Assembly: GCA_963707955.1 (NCBI GenBank)
Contig: OY970176.1
Location: 1,504,001 to 1,568,000 of the forward strand
Source of the DNA: Candidatus Bathyarchaeota archaeon
Lineage (GTDB): Archaea > Thermoproteota > Bathyarchaeia > Bathyarchaeales > Bathycorpusculaceae
Length of the DNA: 64,000 nucleotides
Reading direction: 5' to 3'
Part shown: positions 10,683-20,639 of the stretch, piece after piece
How the letters are laid out: each line of letters begins with the position of its first letter
Numbering within the stretch: the first letter of the stretch is position 1
Notes under the pieces: model-generated
The model's database searches: none
Seen by the model: only the letters and a program-made list of their open reading frames with translations
What the model was told of the DNA's origin: nothing
Position numbers and translations under genes: made by a program

Positions 10683-11006
10683 TTAACCGAAGAGGGCGCC
10701 TAGGCCTTCGAGCGCTGCTTCTTCTTTCTGTTTTTCTTCGTCTTTCTTCTTCTTCTCGTCTTCCTTCGGCTTCACTTCTGCTGCTGGCGCAGCTGCGGCT
10801 GCCGTTGCTGCGACTGGTGCTGCCATCATCGTTGGAGCAGATTTGATCGCTTCATCTATCTTCACTTCAGCCAGAGAAGCCACTAAGGCTTTGACGCGAA
10901 CTGTGTCGGCGTTTATTCCCGCGGCTGTTAAAACCTGTGTCAGGTTTGCCTCGTTTATCTCCTTTCCTGCCTTGTGGAGAAGCATTGCAGCGTAGATATA
11001 TTCCAT
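10683..11006 (-). CDS. rpl12: Ribosomal stalk protein P1/L12
   Basis: [11 protein letters not shown], Ala-rich hinge, EGLGALFG C-terminus. Confidence 0.97.
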   Translation of the reverse strand: MEYIYAAMLLHKAGKEINEANLTQVLTAAGINADTVRVKALVASLAEVKIDEAIKSAPTMMAAPVAATAAAAAPAAEVKPKEDEKKKKDEEKQKEEAALEGLGALFG

Positions 11007-11595
11007 ACCCTTTCACCTCTCACATCGACTATTTTAAGTTTTTTCAGTTGGCTCGGCCCTTTCCTTAACGTCGTGATCCTAATACTTTGTTCAATCCTAT
11101 TAGTTAGGCTACTGTGCCTTACTGCTACGCACTGCCTAGCTTGAGCAGTCTTTCTTCACATACAAAACCCCGTAATTTAAACTTTCTGTGCATAGAAAAC
11201 TGTGGAAGCTGGTATTTCGAGGGAAAGCTTCAGTGGATGATGGCGCATTTTCTGTTTTCGAAGTCACAAACACTGATGACTCGAAAGAGAATAATATTTT
11301 TGGTAATTTCTGTTCTAAGGTGATTGGCCTAAAAGTCTTCTTCTCGTTCCATCGTGCTGTATGCTTTGTCTTCTTCTATGATCTTCTCTGTATCAGTCTG
11401 CGTTTCTTTTCTTTGCTTCTTTCTCTTCTTATCCATCTTTCTTCCAGCATGCTTCCGATCCAGACTGCAGTGATCGTTGTTGATAATTGCCAACAAAATA
11501 AAGATTGTCATTCTGGATAGATCTATGACCGCAAATCAATGTTGAAGCGCGCGCTGGAGAATCGTCGATTGAAAAGCGCATGATGTAGGTCCTGA

Positions 11596-12447
11596 CTAGT
11601 GAGTTACCTTACTGTTTAGGCTTAGCATTTGAGCGTTTGCCTTTCTGAGCAGATCTTCTATTGTTTCTTTCGTCGGTATTGCCGCGCCGACTGAGAGAGC
11701 GTAGGTTTCTCTGTGAGCGAGTTGTACCAGTGCGACCATGTTTTCCTTGGTGGGATAGCTGATGCTCAGCGACAGGGCAAAGGATTCGGCGTAGGCACTT
11801 TCGACCTCGTGTTTGGTTCCGTCTATATCAAGCTTGAGCTGTTCCTGTGTCACTATTAGGCCGTTGTCGAACGCTACGGTTAGCGCGAGTCCTGCTTCAA
11901 CGGGTTTTATTCCGAGCTTTGACAGTATGCTGGCTAGTCTTTCGTTGATTTGTTCTCCCTTTCTGGCTACCAGCGTGTCCTTGTTTATCCAGACGCTTCC
12001 CGACTCGATTCGTGTTGGCAGGCCTGCTGCGTTTAGTTGGCTGATTATGGGGCCTGGAGGTTGTCCAGTGTTTCCCGCTGGGACTACAACGTCGAAGGCT
12101 GCTACGTCGCCTGACTTGGCGGTCGTCTTGACTTTTCCTCTTGCAAGGATCAGTGACAGCTTGAACGGGTTCAGGTTCGTGAACATGAAAACGTTTGACC
12201 CTTTCACGTGTTCTTCGAGTTTCTTCAGGTCGGGTCTTTCCTTGCAGTTCTCGATGGCCAGCTTAATCAGAGTGTTCTTCAAAACTCGCATGTACACCTT
12301 GTCCGCCAGGTTTCTCTTGAACTCCTGCAGTTGAGCAGCTCTGACTTTCTGTAGGCTGGCGATTCCGATGATACTGTAACCTTTGATGAGGTTGGTTATC
12401 TCTTCGACTTCCTTGGTCTTCTGTTGCAGAGCTTGTTTGGACGGCAT
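11596..12447 (-). CDS. rpl10: Ribosomal protein L10/P0
   Basis: KNTLIKLA, VPAGNTG.PPGP; operon position. Confidence 0.96.
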   Translation of the reverse strand: MPSKQALQQKTKEVEEITNLIKGYSIIGIASLQKVRAAQLQEFKRNLADKVYMRVLKNTLIKLAIENCKERPDLKKLEEHVKGSNVFMFTNLNPFKLSLILARGKVKTTAKSGDVAAFDVVVPAGNTGQPPGPIISQLNAAGLPTRIESGSVWINKDTLVARKGEQINERLASILSKLGIKPVEAGLALTVAFDNGLIVTQEQLKLDIDGTKHEVESAYAESFALSLSISYPTKENMVALVQLAHRETYALSVGAAIPTKETIEDLLRKANAQMLSLNSKVTH

Positions 12448-12458
12448 CGGTTTTCCTT

Positions 12459-13109
12459 CTATGGTTTGATCTTCACGGGCGCGCCCATGGCTGTTTTTAT
12501 GTAGACAGACTTGATGTTTTTCATTCCTTTCTTGAGTTTTCCCTCTAACACCCTTAGAACCGCTTGGATGTTCTCGGATATTTCCTCTTCCTTCATGTTT
12601 TCCATTCCGACGCGGTTTTGCAGGATGGGTTGGTTGCGCATTCTAACAATGATGGTCTTGCGGTGTTTAGCCAACAGGCTTACAATGTCTGCTGACGGCG
12701 GGACGGGTATGGGCATCTTGCCCCTCGGACCTAGAACGGAGCCTAATGTTCTGCCTACCAGTGGCATCAGCGGCGCTTCGGCGATGAAAAAGTCGTACGT
12801 GTTGGCTATCTTTCGCATCTCTTGTTTTTTTCCGGCCATGGCTTCAAGGTCGCTCTTTTCGACGACGCGGTCTGCGTTTGCATTTCTCGCCTTCATCGCT
12901 AGTTCGCCGGAGGCGATGACGCAGATCGCGTTGGGTTTTTCGAGTGCGTACGGGAGTTCCACAACCTCTTGGATCTTGCTTTCAGGTGCTTTCATATCGA
13001 TGTCTTGCAGCTTCAGGATGAGCTCTACTGATTGGTTGAATTTTCTCTTCTGAGACTTTTCTTTTGCCTCTTTTACTGCAGCGAGGATCGTTTTTTGGTC
13101 TAAAGGCAT
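12459..13109 (-). CDS. rpl1: Ribosomal protein L1
   Basis: RKFNQSVEL, LGPRGKMP, KTAMG. Confidence 0.97.
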   Translation of the reverse strand: MPLDQKTILAAVKEAKEKSQKRKFNQSVELILKLQDIDMKAPESKIQEVVELPYALEKPNAICVIASGELAMKARNANADRVVEKSDLEAMAGKKQEMRKIANTYDFFIAEAPLMPLVGRTLGSVLGPRGKMPIPVPPSADIVSLLAKHRKTIIVRMRNQPILQNRVGMENMKEEEISENIQAVLRVLEGKLKKGMKNIKSVYIKTAMGAPVKIKP

Positions 13110-13161
13110 CTGGAGGCCTCGTGCCATTGAGGGAATGATACGCGGTTATAAAAGTATTCTC

Positions 13162-13656
13162 TTATGCTTGGCTCTTGCTCAGCATTTCGTCGTACTTGCC
13201 TTCGTCGAGGTCTCGTTGGACTTCGCGCGGGTCCTTGCCCTCAGCCGTCACTCCCATGCTGACGCAGACTCCCAGGATCTCCTTGGTTGCTCCTTTCAGG
13301 GTTTTTGACAGCAGTTCTGGACGCTTCATCTTGGCTATTCGAATCACTTGGTCTATGGTGAGGTTTCCAACCTTCAGCGTGCTGGGTGTGCCTGAGCCTT
13401 TCTCGACCTTGAGTTCGCTGACGATCAAGGCGGACGCCGTGGGTGTTCCAACGGTTACTTCAAACTGTTTGGTGTCAGGGTCAACGATGACTTTGACTGG
13501 AACCTTCATTCCAGAATAGTCTTTTGTAAGCTCATTTATCCTGTTCACGATTACCATGACGTTTACGCCCAGCGGTCCGAGCGCTGGTCCCAGCGGGGGT
13601 CCTGCGTTTGCCTGTCCTCCGTTTACGAGCAGCTCTGTGACTTTCTTGTCGGCCAT
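13162..13656 (-). CDS. rpl11: Ribosomal protein L11
   Basis: GGQANAGPPLGPALGP, GVCVSMGV. Confidence 0.97.
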   Translation of the reverse strand: MADKKVTELLVNGGQANAGPPLGPALGPLGVNVMVIVNRINELTKDYSGMKVPVKVIVDPDTKQFEVTVGTPTASALIVSELKVEKGSGTPSTLKVGNLTIDQVIRIAKMKRPELLSKTLKGATKEILGVCVSMGVTAEGKDPREVQRDLDEGKYDEMLSKSQA

Positions 13657-14144
13657 TATGTTTCACTACGAGTAGCGGTCTTTGCTCTCTCCACCAGTTT
13701 AACGTACTCCGAGCTCACTGTTATGGGCAGGGTGAAGGTTGCTTCTAGCAGCTCAAGCGTGACTTCTTCCTTCGTCTTGTCAATCCTGGTTATCTTTGCG
13801 CGCATGCCCTTGAAGGGTCCACCTGTTACTTCCACTATGTCGCTTTCGCTCAACTCTTCTATGATTGGTTTCTTGACTATGTATCTCTCAACTTCAGCAA
13901 AACTGATGATGCCTGGAATCCTTGAGCGCACGTGTTTTATGCCTCCTATGGCTTCCTCGACGAAGTGCGGGCCCTCAGCCTCTAAGAAGACGTATCCCTT
14001 CAGTGTTTCGGGCGCGAGAATGGCCTTTATCGGTATCTTGTTCATGGCAACCTTGGCTGCGATGAGTCTGGCAACGTTTCTCTCCTGACCCGTGGTTGTT
14101 TTCACTGCAAAGATCTTTGTGGTGTACTCCTCGGGTTTTTCCAT
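13656..14144 (-). CDS. spt5: Transcription elongation factor Spt5
   Basis: TTTGQE, LKGYVFLEA, KOW motif GGPFKG; ATG at 14144. Confidence 0.96.
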   Translation of the reverse strand: MEKPEEYTTKIFAVKTTTGQERNVARLIAAKVAMNKIPIKAILAPETLKGYVFLEAEGPHFVEEAIGGIKHVRSRIPGIISFAEVERYIVKKPIIEELSESDIVEVTGGPFKGMRAKITRIDKTKEEVTLELLEATFTLPITVSSEYVKLVERAKTATRSET

Positions 14145-14158
14145 CGAGTTTCTTCCTT

Positions 14159-14338
14159 CTACGTGCCGCTTCCTGGCTGCAGAACAGAGGACAACAGTTT
14201 GATGACAAAGCCGATTACTCCTATCGCTACTATGCCCAAGAAGCATATTTTTATGGATAGCCAAAGCTCGCTTCTTCCAGGTTTAATAGCCAGCTTCAGC
14301 GTTCTTCCGCATTGACTCAGGAAATCTCTTAAGCCCAT
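14159..14338 (-). CDS. secE: Protein translocase subunit SecE/Sec61-gamma (not in the ORF track)
   Basis: Manual translation MGLRDFLSQCGRTLKLAIKPGRSELWLSIKICFLGIVAIGVIGFVIKLLSSVLQPGSGT; canonical position upstream of spt5. Confidence 0.9.
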   Translation of the reverse strand: MGLRDFLSQCGRTLKLAIKPGRSELWLSIKICFLGIVAIGVIGFVIKLLSSVLQPGSGT

Positions 14339-14461
14339 GATTCATCGCACTCTCAGTATTTCAATTTGATATAAGGGTTACTGTAGGCTCTGGTAGATAA
14401 AGACACACATTTCTATTAACCTTTGCCTTCGGCTGACCCTTGCTTAAGAACGTGTTCAGTG

Positions 14462-15286
14462 CTAGGACTTCACGAACGGCGTGCCCGTTTCGTTCAGCAT
14501 CTTGACCAATGGCGGTTTGTCTTCTCCTCTTATTCCCTTCCAGTCGAGAATAACAGTTTCGACCTTTTCCATAGTTCTTTCGACACATTGTCTAAGGATG
14601 TTCGAATCGACCTTTGAAACCGCATACTTTGGAATAATGTGTCCAAAAGCAAATTCTTTCTCCAACGCCATTCGAGTGAACCTGCTATTGTAGTGTGGTC
14701 CGCCTATGCCCACGACTGCTTTGACTGAATGTTGGCCGAATCTTTGAACCGTTTCCATCGTTGCATGTGCGACAGCTTCAGCGGCTCTCATGTCACTCCA
14801 CTGTTTAGGTGAGCTGCCTAGCTCGGCGAACATCGTTGGAACGTCCAAGCAGGGTCCGTGATGCGTGCACTCGTAGGATACTTCATAGTCGAGCTGCATC
14901 TCTTCTTCAAGTTTCATCATTGTCTTCAAGGTTTCTCTCATCGGGTTCGCAGGGGACACAGACAATTTTCTCGGGATTCCGCCTAGCTCTGCTTCGGTTA
15001 AGTTGCCCGGCGTATGCACCGACAGTGTGGGGGTTCCGCTGACGCTGCTGTGTCTTGAGACAAAGATAATGAGTTCCAGTCTGTTGAACGCGTCTGGCAG
15101 GGTTTGTGCGCGGACCGATTCCTCGTTCAACGTTATGAGTTCCACATTCTTGTCATCAATTGTAGCCTCGTACGTTGGGTTTGCCTGAAATCTTCGAGTT
15201 GTTTCTCTGAAATCGTAATGAGTCAAGATCTGTTTTTGGATGTTTAGACTTGCGATGTCCTTGGTTGAGGCGACGACCAGAATCAT
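14462..15286 (-). CDS. dtdA: D-aminoacyl-tRNA deacylase (DTD2)
   Basis: FVSRHSS..G.PTLSVHTPGN, ECTHHGP, ELGS, GGPHY, GHIIPKY. Confidence 0.93.
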   Translation of the reverse strand: MILVVASTKDIASLNIQKQILTHYDFRETTRRFQANPTYEATIDDKNVELITLNEESVRAQTLPDAFNRLELIIFVSRHSSVSGTPTLSVHTPGNLTEAELGGIPRKLSVSPANPMRETLKTMMKLEEEMQLDYEVSYECTHHGPCLDVPTMFAELGSSPKQWSDMRAAEAVAHATMETVQRFGQHSVKAVVGIGGPHYNSRFTRMALEKEFAFGHIIPKYAVSKVDSNILRQCVERTMEKVETVILDWKGIRGEDKPPLVKMLNETGTPFVKS

Positions 15287-15394
15287 GCGTTGCGCTTCCG
15301 GAAATCGATACGAGTTTCTAGAGATATGGTTTCCATAAAGCTTATAATCGTTGCAGGTGGTTCAACGCTTAAAAGTCTGGAAACGGGTGGAAAC

Positions 15395-16309
15395 GTGCAT
15401 TTGCTTAATTTCAAAGAATTGACTGGTCAACAGCTGGCAGAGATGATAGACAAGGGTATTGAGGTTAAACACGCCTCAGAAGATTATCGAAAGGCCTTGG
15501 AAGGCAAGTCGTCAGCCTTGATTTTTCAGAAAACCTCGACCAGAACTCGAGTTTCTTTCGAGGTGGCCATGACCCAGCTTGGCGGTCACGCACTCTTCAT
15601 CGATTGGAGAACGACGAACTTCGCCCTGGCGGACCTGAGTGATGAGACTCAGTATCTGAGTCGAAACGTTGACTGCATCATGGCTAGGCTGATGAGAAAC
15701 GTGGACTTGCAGACCATGGCCAAGGCTTCCCAGGTTCCGGTGATTAACGGTTGTGACGAGAAGTACCATCCAAGCCAAGCGATAGCCGACTTGATCACCG
15801 TGAAGGAAAAGAAGGGAACGTTCAAGGGCGTCAAGCTTGTTTACGTGGGAATCCACAACAACGTTTGCAATTCACTCATCGAAGGGTGCACAAAGACCGG
15901 TGTCAACATAACCACTGTAACGCCCGTGTTCAATGAGCCAAGCAGGGACGATGAGTTTCTGGAGAACGCTAGGAAGACAAGGCTTTGGGAAACCGCAACG
16001 GATGTGAAGAACGCTGTTAGAGACGCGGACTTCGTTTACACTGACACCTGGGTTGACATGGAATTTTTCACAGACCCGAAGTTTGCGGCAGAGAGAGAGA
16101 AACGCGTCAAACTGATGATGCCCTGCCAGATCAACAAGGAGTTGCTGAAGAACAGTAGCGCCTACGTGATGCATGACATGCCTATTCACAGAGGATATGA
16201 AATAACCGGGGATGTTGTTGAAAGCTCAAAATCGGTGATATACCAGCAGAGCGAGAACAGGCTGTACTCTGCGAAAACCATCCTGTTGAAACTGTTGGGG
16301 AAATACTAG
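15395..16309 (+). CDS. argF: Ornithine carbamoyltransferase family protein (HDMP variant)
   Basis: KTSTRTRVSFE, HPSQAIAD, QSENR; probable GTG start at 15395. Confidence 0.82.
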   Translation: MHLLNFKELTGQQLAEMIDKGIEVKHASEDYRKALEGKSSALIFQKTSTRTRVSFEVAMTQLGGHALFIDWRTTNFALADLSDETQYLSRNVDCIMARLMRNVDLQTMAKASQVPVINGCDEKYHPSQAIADLITVKEKKGTFKGVKLVYVGIHNNVCNSLIEGCTKTGVNITTVTPVFNEPSRDDEFLENARKTRLWETATDVKNAVRDADFVYTDTWVDMEFFTDPKFAAEREKRVKLMMPCQINKELLKNSSAYVMHDMPIHRGYEITGDVVESSKSVIYQQSENRLYSAKTILLKLLGKY

Positions 16310-16345
16310 CTTTTCAATGATTCGCACGTGGCGAACCTGTCTTCT

Positions 16346-17254
16346 CTATTGTCTCAGAATCATCTGCACGAAGGTTTCCGGCTTAAACTCTTCCAAGTCG
16401 TCATATTTTTGTCCAGTTCCGATGAACAGTATTGGCTTTTGAGTGACGTACGTGACGCTTAAGGCTGAGCCGCCTTTAACGTCGGCATCCACCTTGGTCA
16501 GTATGGTGCCGTCTATTCCGACGCATTTCTGAAACTCTTCTGCCTGCGTGACGGCGTCGTTTCCGATAAGCGAATCCACGGTTAGTATTGTTAGGTCTGG
16601 CTTCACGACGCGCTTGATCTTTGCAAGTTCATTCATCAGGTTCTGATTTGTCTGCATTCTTCCCGCCGTGTCGATTAGGACGACGTTTATCCCGTAGGCC
16701 TTGGCGTGGTTAATCGTGTCGTAGGCCACGGCTGCGGGGTCCGCGCCGTACGCGTGTTTTATCATCCTTACGCCGAGCCTCTTTGCGTGTTCTTCTAGCT
16801 GTTCGATCGAGCCAGCTCGGTACGTGTCGCTGCAGGCTATGACGGCTGAATACTTGTTTTTGTTGAGGAAGCGGCAGACTTTGGCGATGGTTGTGGTTTT
16901 TCCAGTGCCGTTTATCCCGACGAAAACTATGACGAATGGTTCTGCTTTCTTGCGTTTATCCTCGATTGCCTTCAACAAGTCGATCTTGTTGTTTGTCTGC
17001 ATGGTCTCCAGGAGCACCTCTCGAAGGTTTTTCTCCACGATCTTCTTTCGGTCTTCTATCCTTTTGACTTGAACGTTGTTCAGTCGTTGCTCCATCTCAC
17101 TGCATATTCGTTCGGCCACGGGAAAAGCCACGTCGTTCTCCACGAGGTTCATTTTGAAATCAGCAAGTATCGGGCGCACGTTTTCGGGTTTCAGCTCAGT
17201 TGTGGTTACTTTGGTTACAAGTCCCTTCAGCCCGGACTTGAGTTTTTCAAACAT
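16346..17254 (-). CDS. ftsY: SRP receptor FtsY
   Basis: GINGTGKTTT, DTAGR, TKVDADVKGG. Confidence 0.97.
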   Translation of the reverse strand: MFEKLKSGLKGLVTKVTTTELKPENVRPILADFKMNLVENDVAFPVAERICSEMEQRLNNVQVKRIEDRKKIVEKNLREVLLETMQTNNKIDLLKAIEDKRKKAEPFVIVFVGINGTGKTTTIAKVCRFLNKNKYSAVIACSDTYRAGSIEQLEEHAKRLGVRMIKHAYGADPAAVAYDTINHAKAYGINVVLIDTAGRMQTNQNLMNELAKIKRVVKPDLTILTVDSLIGNDAVTQAEEFQKCVGIDGTILTKVDADVKGGSALSVTYVTQKPILFIGTGQKYDDLEEFKPETFVQMILRQ

Positions 17255-17255
17255 T

Positions 17256-17714
17256 TTACTGAGGTTTCCCTTCTCTCATCGTTGCAACCAGTGCATCGGC
17301 TTTTTCTCTGTCCAGGTTGATCTTTTCTGCGACTTGAGCGAACTGCTGCTGTATTGAGGCTCTGGTTTTTTCCAGGTCTTCTAGACGCTTCTTGATGATT
17401 TCTTTTGTTTCTTCCCTTGTTTTTTCAACCGAGACTCCTGCGCCCATCCCCACGATTATCTTGTCCGGGTTTTCGAGTCTTGCCCTGACGTAGGACGTGC
17501 CGCCTATCGGCACGAGAAGCTCTGATTTTTCACTCTCTTTTTCGAGTCCTTCAAGCGTCATACGGGCGTAGGACAGGTCGGTCGTGACGGCGTTTATCAT
17601 GTTTGCTCTTGACTGCAATGCTTCGGCCGTCTGTTCAAGAAGTCGTATTTCCACGGTGAGTCTTCGAAGCTCTTCTTCACTATTGCTGGCCAACTTCTTC
17701 TTCTCCCGTGACAA
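17256..17714 (-). CDS. pfdA: Prefoldin alpha subunit
   Basis: LLVPIGG..YV, IIVGMGAGV..EK, flanking coiled coils. Confidence 0.93.
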   Translation of the reverse strand: MSREKKKLASNSEEELRRLTVEIRLLEQTAEALQSRANMINAVTTDLSYARMTLEGLEKESEKSELLVPIGGTSYVRARLENPDKIIVGMGAGVSVEKTREETKEIIKKRLEDLEKTRASIQQQFAQVAEKINLDREKADALVATMREGKPQ

Positions 17715-17934
17715 ACTTCTTCAACAGTGGGTTCTCAATGTTCTCAGGCGAAACCTCTTCGACGCTTGTTATCTTTATGTGAAAACGCTTCACTCGGTGT
17801 TTGCTGCCCAACTCTGCGTAGACTTTTTCCTTGGCGTGCTCGGGCTTCTCAGCTAATATTTCTTTTCTGAACGAGCTCTTCAGGTTGGGCTTCAGAATTT
17901 CACCGGTGACTCTGTAGACTTTCAACCTGATCAT
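17680..17934 (-). CDS. rpl18a: Ribosomal protein L18Ae/LX
   Basis: EKVYAELGSKHRVKR..IKI. Confidence 0.92.
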   Translation of the reverse strand: MIRLKVYRVTGEILKPNLKSSFRKEILAEKPEHAKEKVYAELGSKHRVKRFHIKITSVEEVSPENIENPLLKKFVTGEEEVGQQ

Positions 17935-18607
17935 CCTCTTTTACAACATCCAGTGCATTGCCTATTATAAATATCTCGGGTCCGGTTGTGAGTAACCCTG
18001 CGATGGCCGCGTGTCGGTTGCAGATCAAACCTGTGCCGACGTACGGGATGCCGCAGTTGACGGTGCCCACGTCGACTGGGACTTTCAGCAAGTCTTCAAG
18101 AAACTTGCGCTCCGAGTCTTTCAACAACGGATGCGCTAGAACTCCCTTGTTCGTTGCAACGGCCAGCGAACCTACGTAAGGCAGGCCTGCGATCTCGCCT
18201 CGTGCAACTTCGACGCCCAGAGTTTCGGAAATCTCCTGTATTTCTGGGCTTTTGAACTGGGGGTCCACTATGGCCCCATGGTCGTTGGCAAGGACAAGGT
18301 TTCCGTACGCGGTTTTCTTCGTGTCCATCACGGTTATGTTTCCTTCAAAACATCGTCGTATGACCGTGAGTTCTTCTTCTCTCATGAGGCTTGGGAGCAG
18401 GATGCCGTTGGAGTTTGCGCACGCGAGTGCTCCGGGGAGGATTGATCCCCCGATTGACGTGTGCACCAGCTCTGTTTTCAACCATTGACTTAGCCTTTCG
18501 GCTTTCTCAAGCGGCACTGAGCCTGGAGCTATGAAGATTCTGTCGGTGACGAGGGAGTAAACGCCTATGCTTGCGCTTCCAACAAGACTTGACAGGTAAA
18601 TGGCCAA
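17900..18607 (-). CDS. eif6: Translation initiation factor 6
   Basis: ANSNG, GNLVLAND, GTVNCG...VG. Confidence 0.95.
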   Translation of the reverse strand: MAIYLSSLVGSASIGVYSLVTDRIFIAPGSVPLEKAERLSQWLKTELVHTSIGGSILPGALACANSNGILLPSLMREEELTVIRRCFEGNITVMDTKKTAYGNLVLANDHGAIVDPQFKSPEIQEISETLGVEVARGEIAGLPYVGSLAVATNKGVLAHPLLKDSERKFLEDLLKVPVDVGTVNCGIPYVGTGLICNRHAAIAGLLTTGPEIFIIGNALDVVKEDDQVESLQSHR

Positions 18608-18610
18608 GGA

Positions 18611-19147
18611 CTAGTCTCCTTCAGCCAAATAAACCGTCACATTTCCTTCTTTGTCCTTTGCAGCTCGAACCCGGATTTTTCTCGGAGGTTTCTCTATCCC
18701 CCTCCTCCACATCCTCTCGTTAACTTCATTGCTTATGATGAGCTTCTTGGGCTCTTCCTCTTCCGCCTCTCCTTCCTTGCGTGCCTCCAGCTTCATGTGC
18801 TTGATTATGAAGCTCCTGACCATCCGCACTGCCCTCGAGGTCCTCTTGTTAGGAGGCACAATCCAAGCTTTGCCCAGCGGAACCGTGTATATTCGCTCCT
18901 CAACTATTTCTTCTTCAGCCTTCTCTTTTTCAGCGGGCGGCTTTGCTTCCTCTTTTTCTACTTCTTCGACAGGTGCAGGCACTTCTTCTTTTGCTTCGGC
19001 GCCAACTTCTTCCGGTGGAACCGGCTGCTCCTCTTCCTCAGGAGCTTCTTCTGCCTCTTCCTCCAGCTCTTGCTCCTCGACGGCTTCGGCAGGCTCCTCT
19101 TGCTTCTCCTCGGTCTTCAAGGTTTGTTTTTCGTTCTCTTTCTCCAT
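18611..19147 (-). CDS. rpl31e: Ribosomal protein L31e with a long acidic N-terminal extension
   Basis: ERIYTVPL, NEVNERMWRRGIEKPPRKIRV. Confidence 0.93.
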   Translation of the reverse strand: MEKENEKQTLKTEEKQEEPAEAVEEQELEEEAEEAPEEEEQPVPPEEVGAEAKEEVPAPVEEVEKEEAKPPAEKEKAEEEIVEERIYTVPLGKAWIVPPNKRTSRAVRMVRSFIIKHMKLEARKEGEAEEEEPKKLIISNEVNERMWRRGIEKPPRKIRVRAAKDKEGNVTVYLAEGD

Positions 19148-19158
19148 GAAGCATTCTC

Positions 19159-19314
19159 CTACGCCCTTATTTTCCTCGTTCGCCACTGCCTCCTCTTCGG
19201 GTGGACTCTGAACTTTCCAGCTGTGCAGGCTATGACCCATGAGGGAACGGGTTTCTTCTGCTTTCCCGCTTTGGCAAGCCTGCGTTTTTTTGCTGTCGGT
19301 TTGTTTCGGGTCAT
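19159..19314 (-). CDS. rpl39e: Ribosomal protein L39e (not in the ORF track)
   Basis: Manual translation [51 protein letters not shown]. Confidence 0.93.
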   Translation of the reverse strand: MTRNKPTAKKRRLAKAGKQKKPVPSWVIACTAGKFRVHPKRRQWRTRKIRA

Positions 19315-19316
19315 CT

Positions 19317-19645
19317 TCATCTTCTCGTTATCGTAGTCTCACGCTTGCGAGCTTGGAGTTGAATGAGTATCTTCTTCAGCTGCTCATCCGTTAGGGGTAT
19401 CGGCACCTTTCTTTGCTGCGCCAACTGGATCAGTTGTAGCTCCAGCTGTGCAGTGAAATCAGGCCTGACCATCTTCAGGTTCGCCAGTCTCTGTCTGGCT
19501 TCAGGTGTCAGTATGCTTCTCAGCAGCGCTTGCTTCTGTTGTTCCACTTGCTGTTCAGCCTGCATGCCCCGCTGTTCTTCACCCATCTGCTTCTGCAGGG
19601 CTGAAAGTCTTCTTCTGCGAAGTCCTCCAGCTCTTCCTCTGACAA
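19317..19645 (-). CDS. PDCD5-family DNA-binding protein, with an apparent 1-nt deletion near 19622
   Basis: [21 protein letters not shown]; adding one base restores the N-terminus [19 protein letters not shown]. Confidence 0.88.
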
Positions 19646-19646
19646 C

Positions 19647-20114
19647 TCACTCACCTTTCAGGTACTTCTGGAGTTCTGGAAGCTCCTTCACCATTTCTCT
19701 GCCGATTTCTTCAGTCAATTCCTTCAAAAGTTTCGATCCAGCAGGCGTGACTTTTCTGCCGCGCGGTCTCACCGTTTCAACGTAGCCTGCAGCTTCAAGC
19801 TGCTGCAGTGCTTTTCTTATTATCGAACCGCCTGCCTTTGCTGCACGCCCAGGTTTGACACCTCTGCTCTTTCTCCCACCATAATTAGCCCTCAGTTCTT
19901 GGATGCCCACCGGGCCGTGAACGTAGAGCTTTCGCAGTATCGAGGCGCACCTAACGTACCACCAGTCTGGGTTCTGAGGCTGATGTTGCACGTGAACACC
20001 CGTCTTCACGATGGTCGCCCATGCTGGCGGCGTTACAGCGTCCACGTTTTCCTTTAAGTACTTGGCTACTCTTTCGATTAGCTTGGATGCTGGGACGTCA
20101 TTAGGGGTGACCAA
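19647..20114 (-). CDS. rps19e: Ribosomal protein S19e
   Basis: VKTG, DWWYVRCASILRK, GSIIRKALQQLE. Confidence 0.96.
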   Translation of the reverse strand: MVTPNDVPASKLIERVAKYLKENVDAVTPPAWATIVKTGVHVQHQPQNPDWWYVRCASILRKLYVHGPVGIQELRANYGGRKSRGVKPGRAAKAGGSIIRKALQQLEAAGYVETVRPRGRKVTPAGSKLLKELTEEIGREMVKELPELQKYLKGE

Positions 20115-20266
20115 TGCTTCTTGCCCTCTTGAGGTTTCCTTCAGTAAAATCATGACGCCGAATATAAATATTGTCTGGTCGACGACTTACGTCGCTTGGC
20201 TATCTTCACAACTCCTCTTTTCACATCCGTTTTTTGATGATAGGCAGTCAGTGATAGGCCTCAGTT

Positions 20267-20343
20267 AGCCTTCGTTGATGATGAAGGCTCGTGTGAGAGG
20301 TGGGATGAACTCCGATGGGGCGAGCGGTGAAGGAGCCTACCCT
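20267..20343 (+). ncRNA. Candidate structured small RNA with K-turn/C-box-like motifs
   Basis: Hairpin agccttc/gaaggct with a UGAUGA-containing loop; second stem ggtggg/cctacc enclosing ctcc/ggag; G-rich, with no convincing ORF. Confidence 0.35.
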
Positions 20344-20639
20344 GCTTGTGTCAGATGGTAACGTTCTGTGATTGTTTCATGTTTTCTCGGCATGCGCGTC
20401 GACGTTTAAGGAGACCCCATGTTACTCATTGTGTGAGACGAAAAAAGATGCCGAAAAAATATAAGAGAAAAAAGTTGGATGATTGCCTACGAGAAGCGGG
20501 TTCGCATTTTACCAGCGTAAACAACTTCTTTTTTTCCATTTGGATCATAATGTCCGCCACCTGACCTCTTCATTGAAAATCTGACACAACTCGTGTTTCA
20601 AAAGCAAGCACTGTTTCTGGAATAAAAGATATTGCGAGG

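Noticed and set aside
20267-20343. Fluoride riboswitch or RNase P/SRP RNA assignment for the candidate RNA
   Set aside because: The resemblance is superficial; the diagnostic consensus and length do not fit, and no cognate gene follows.
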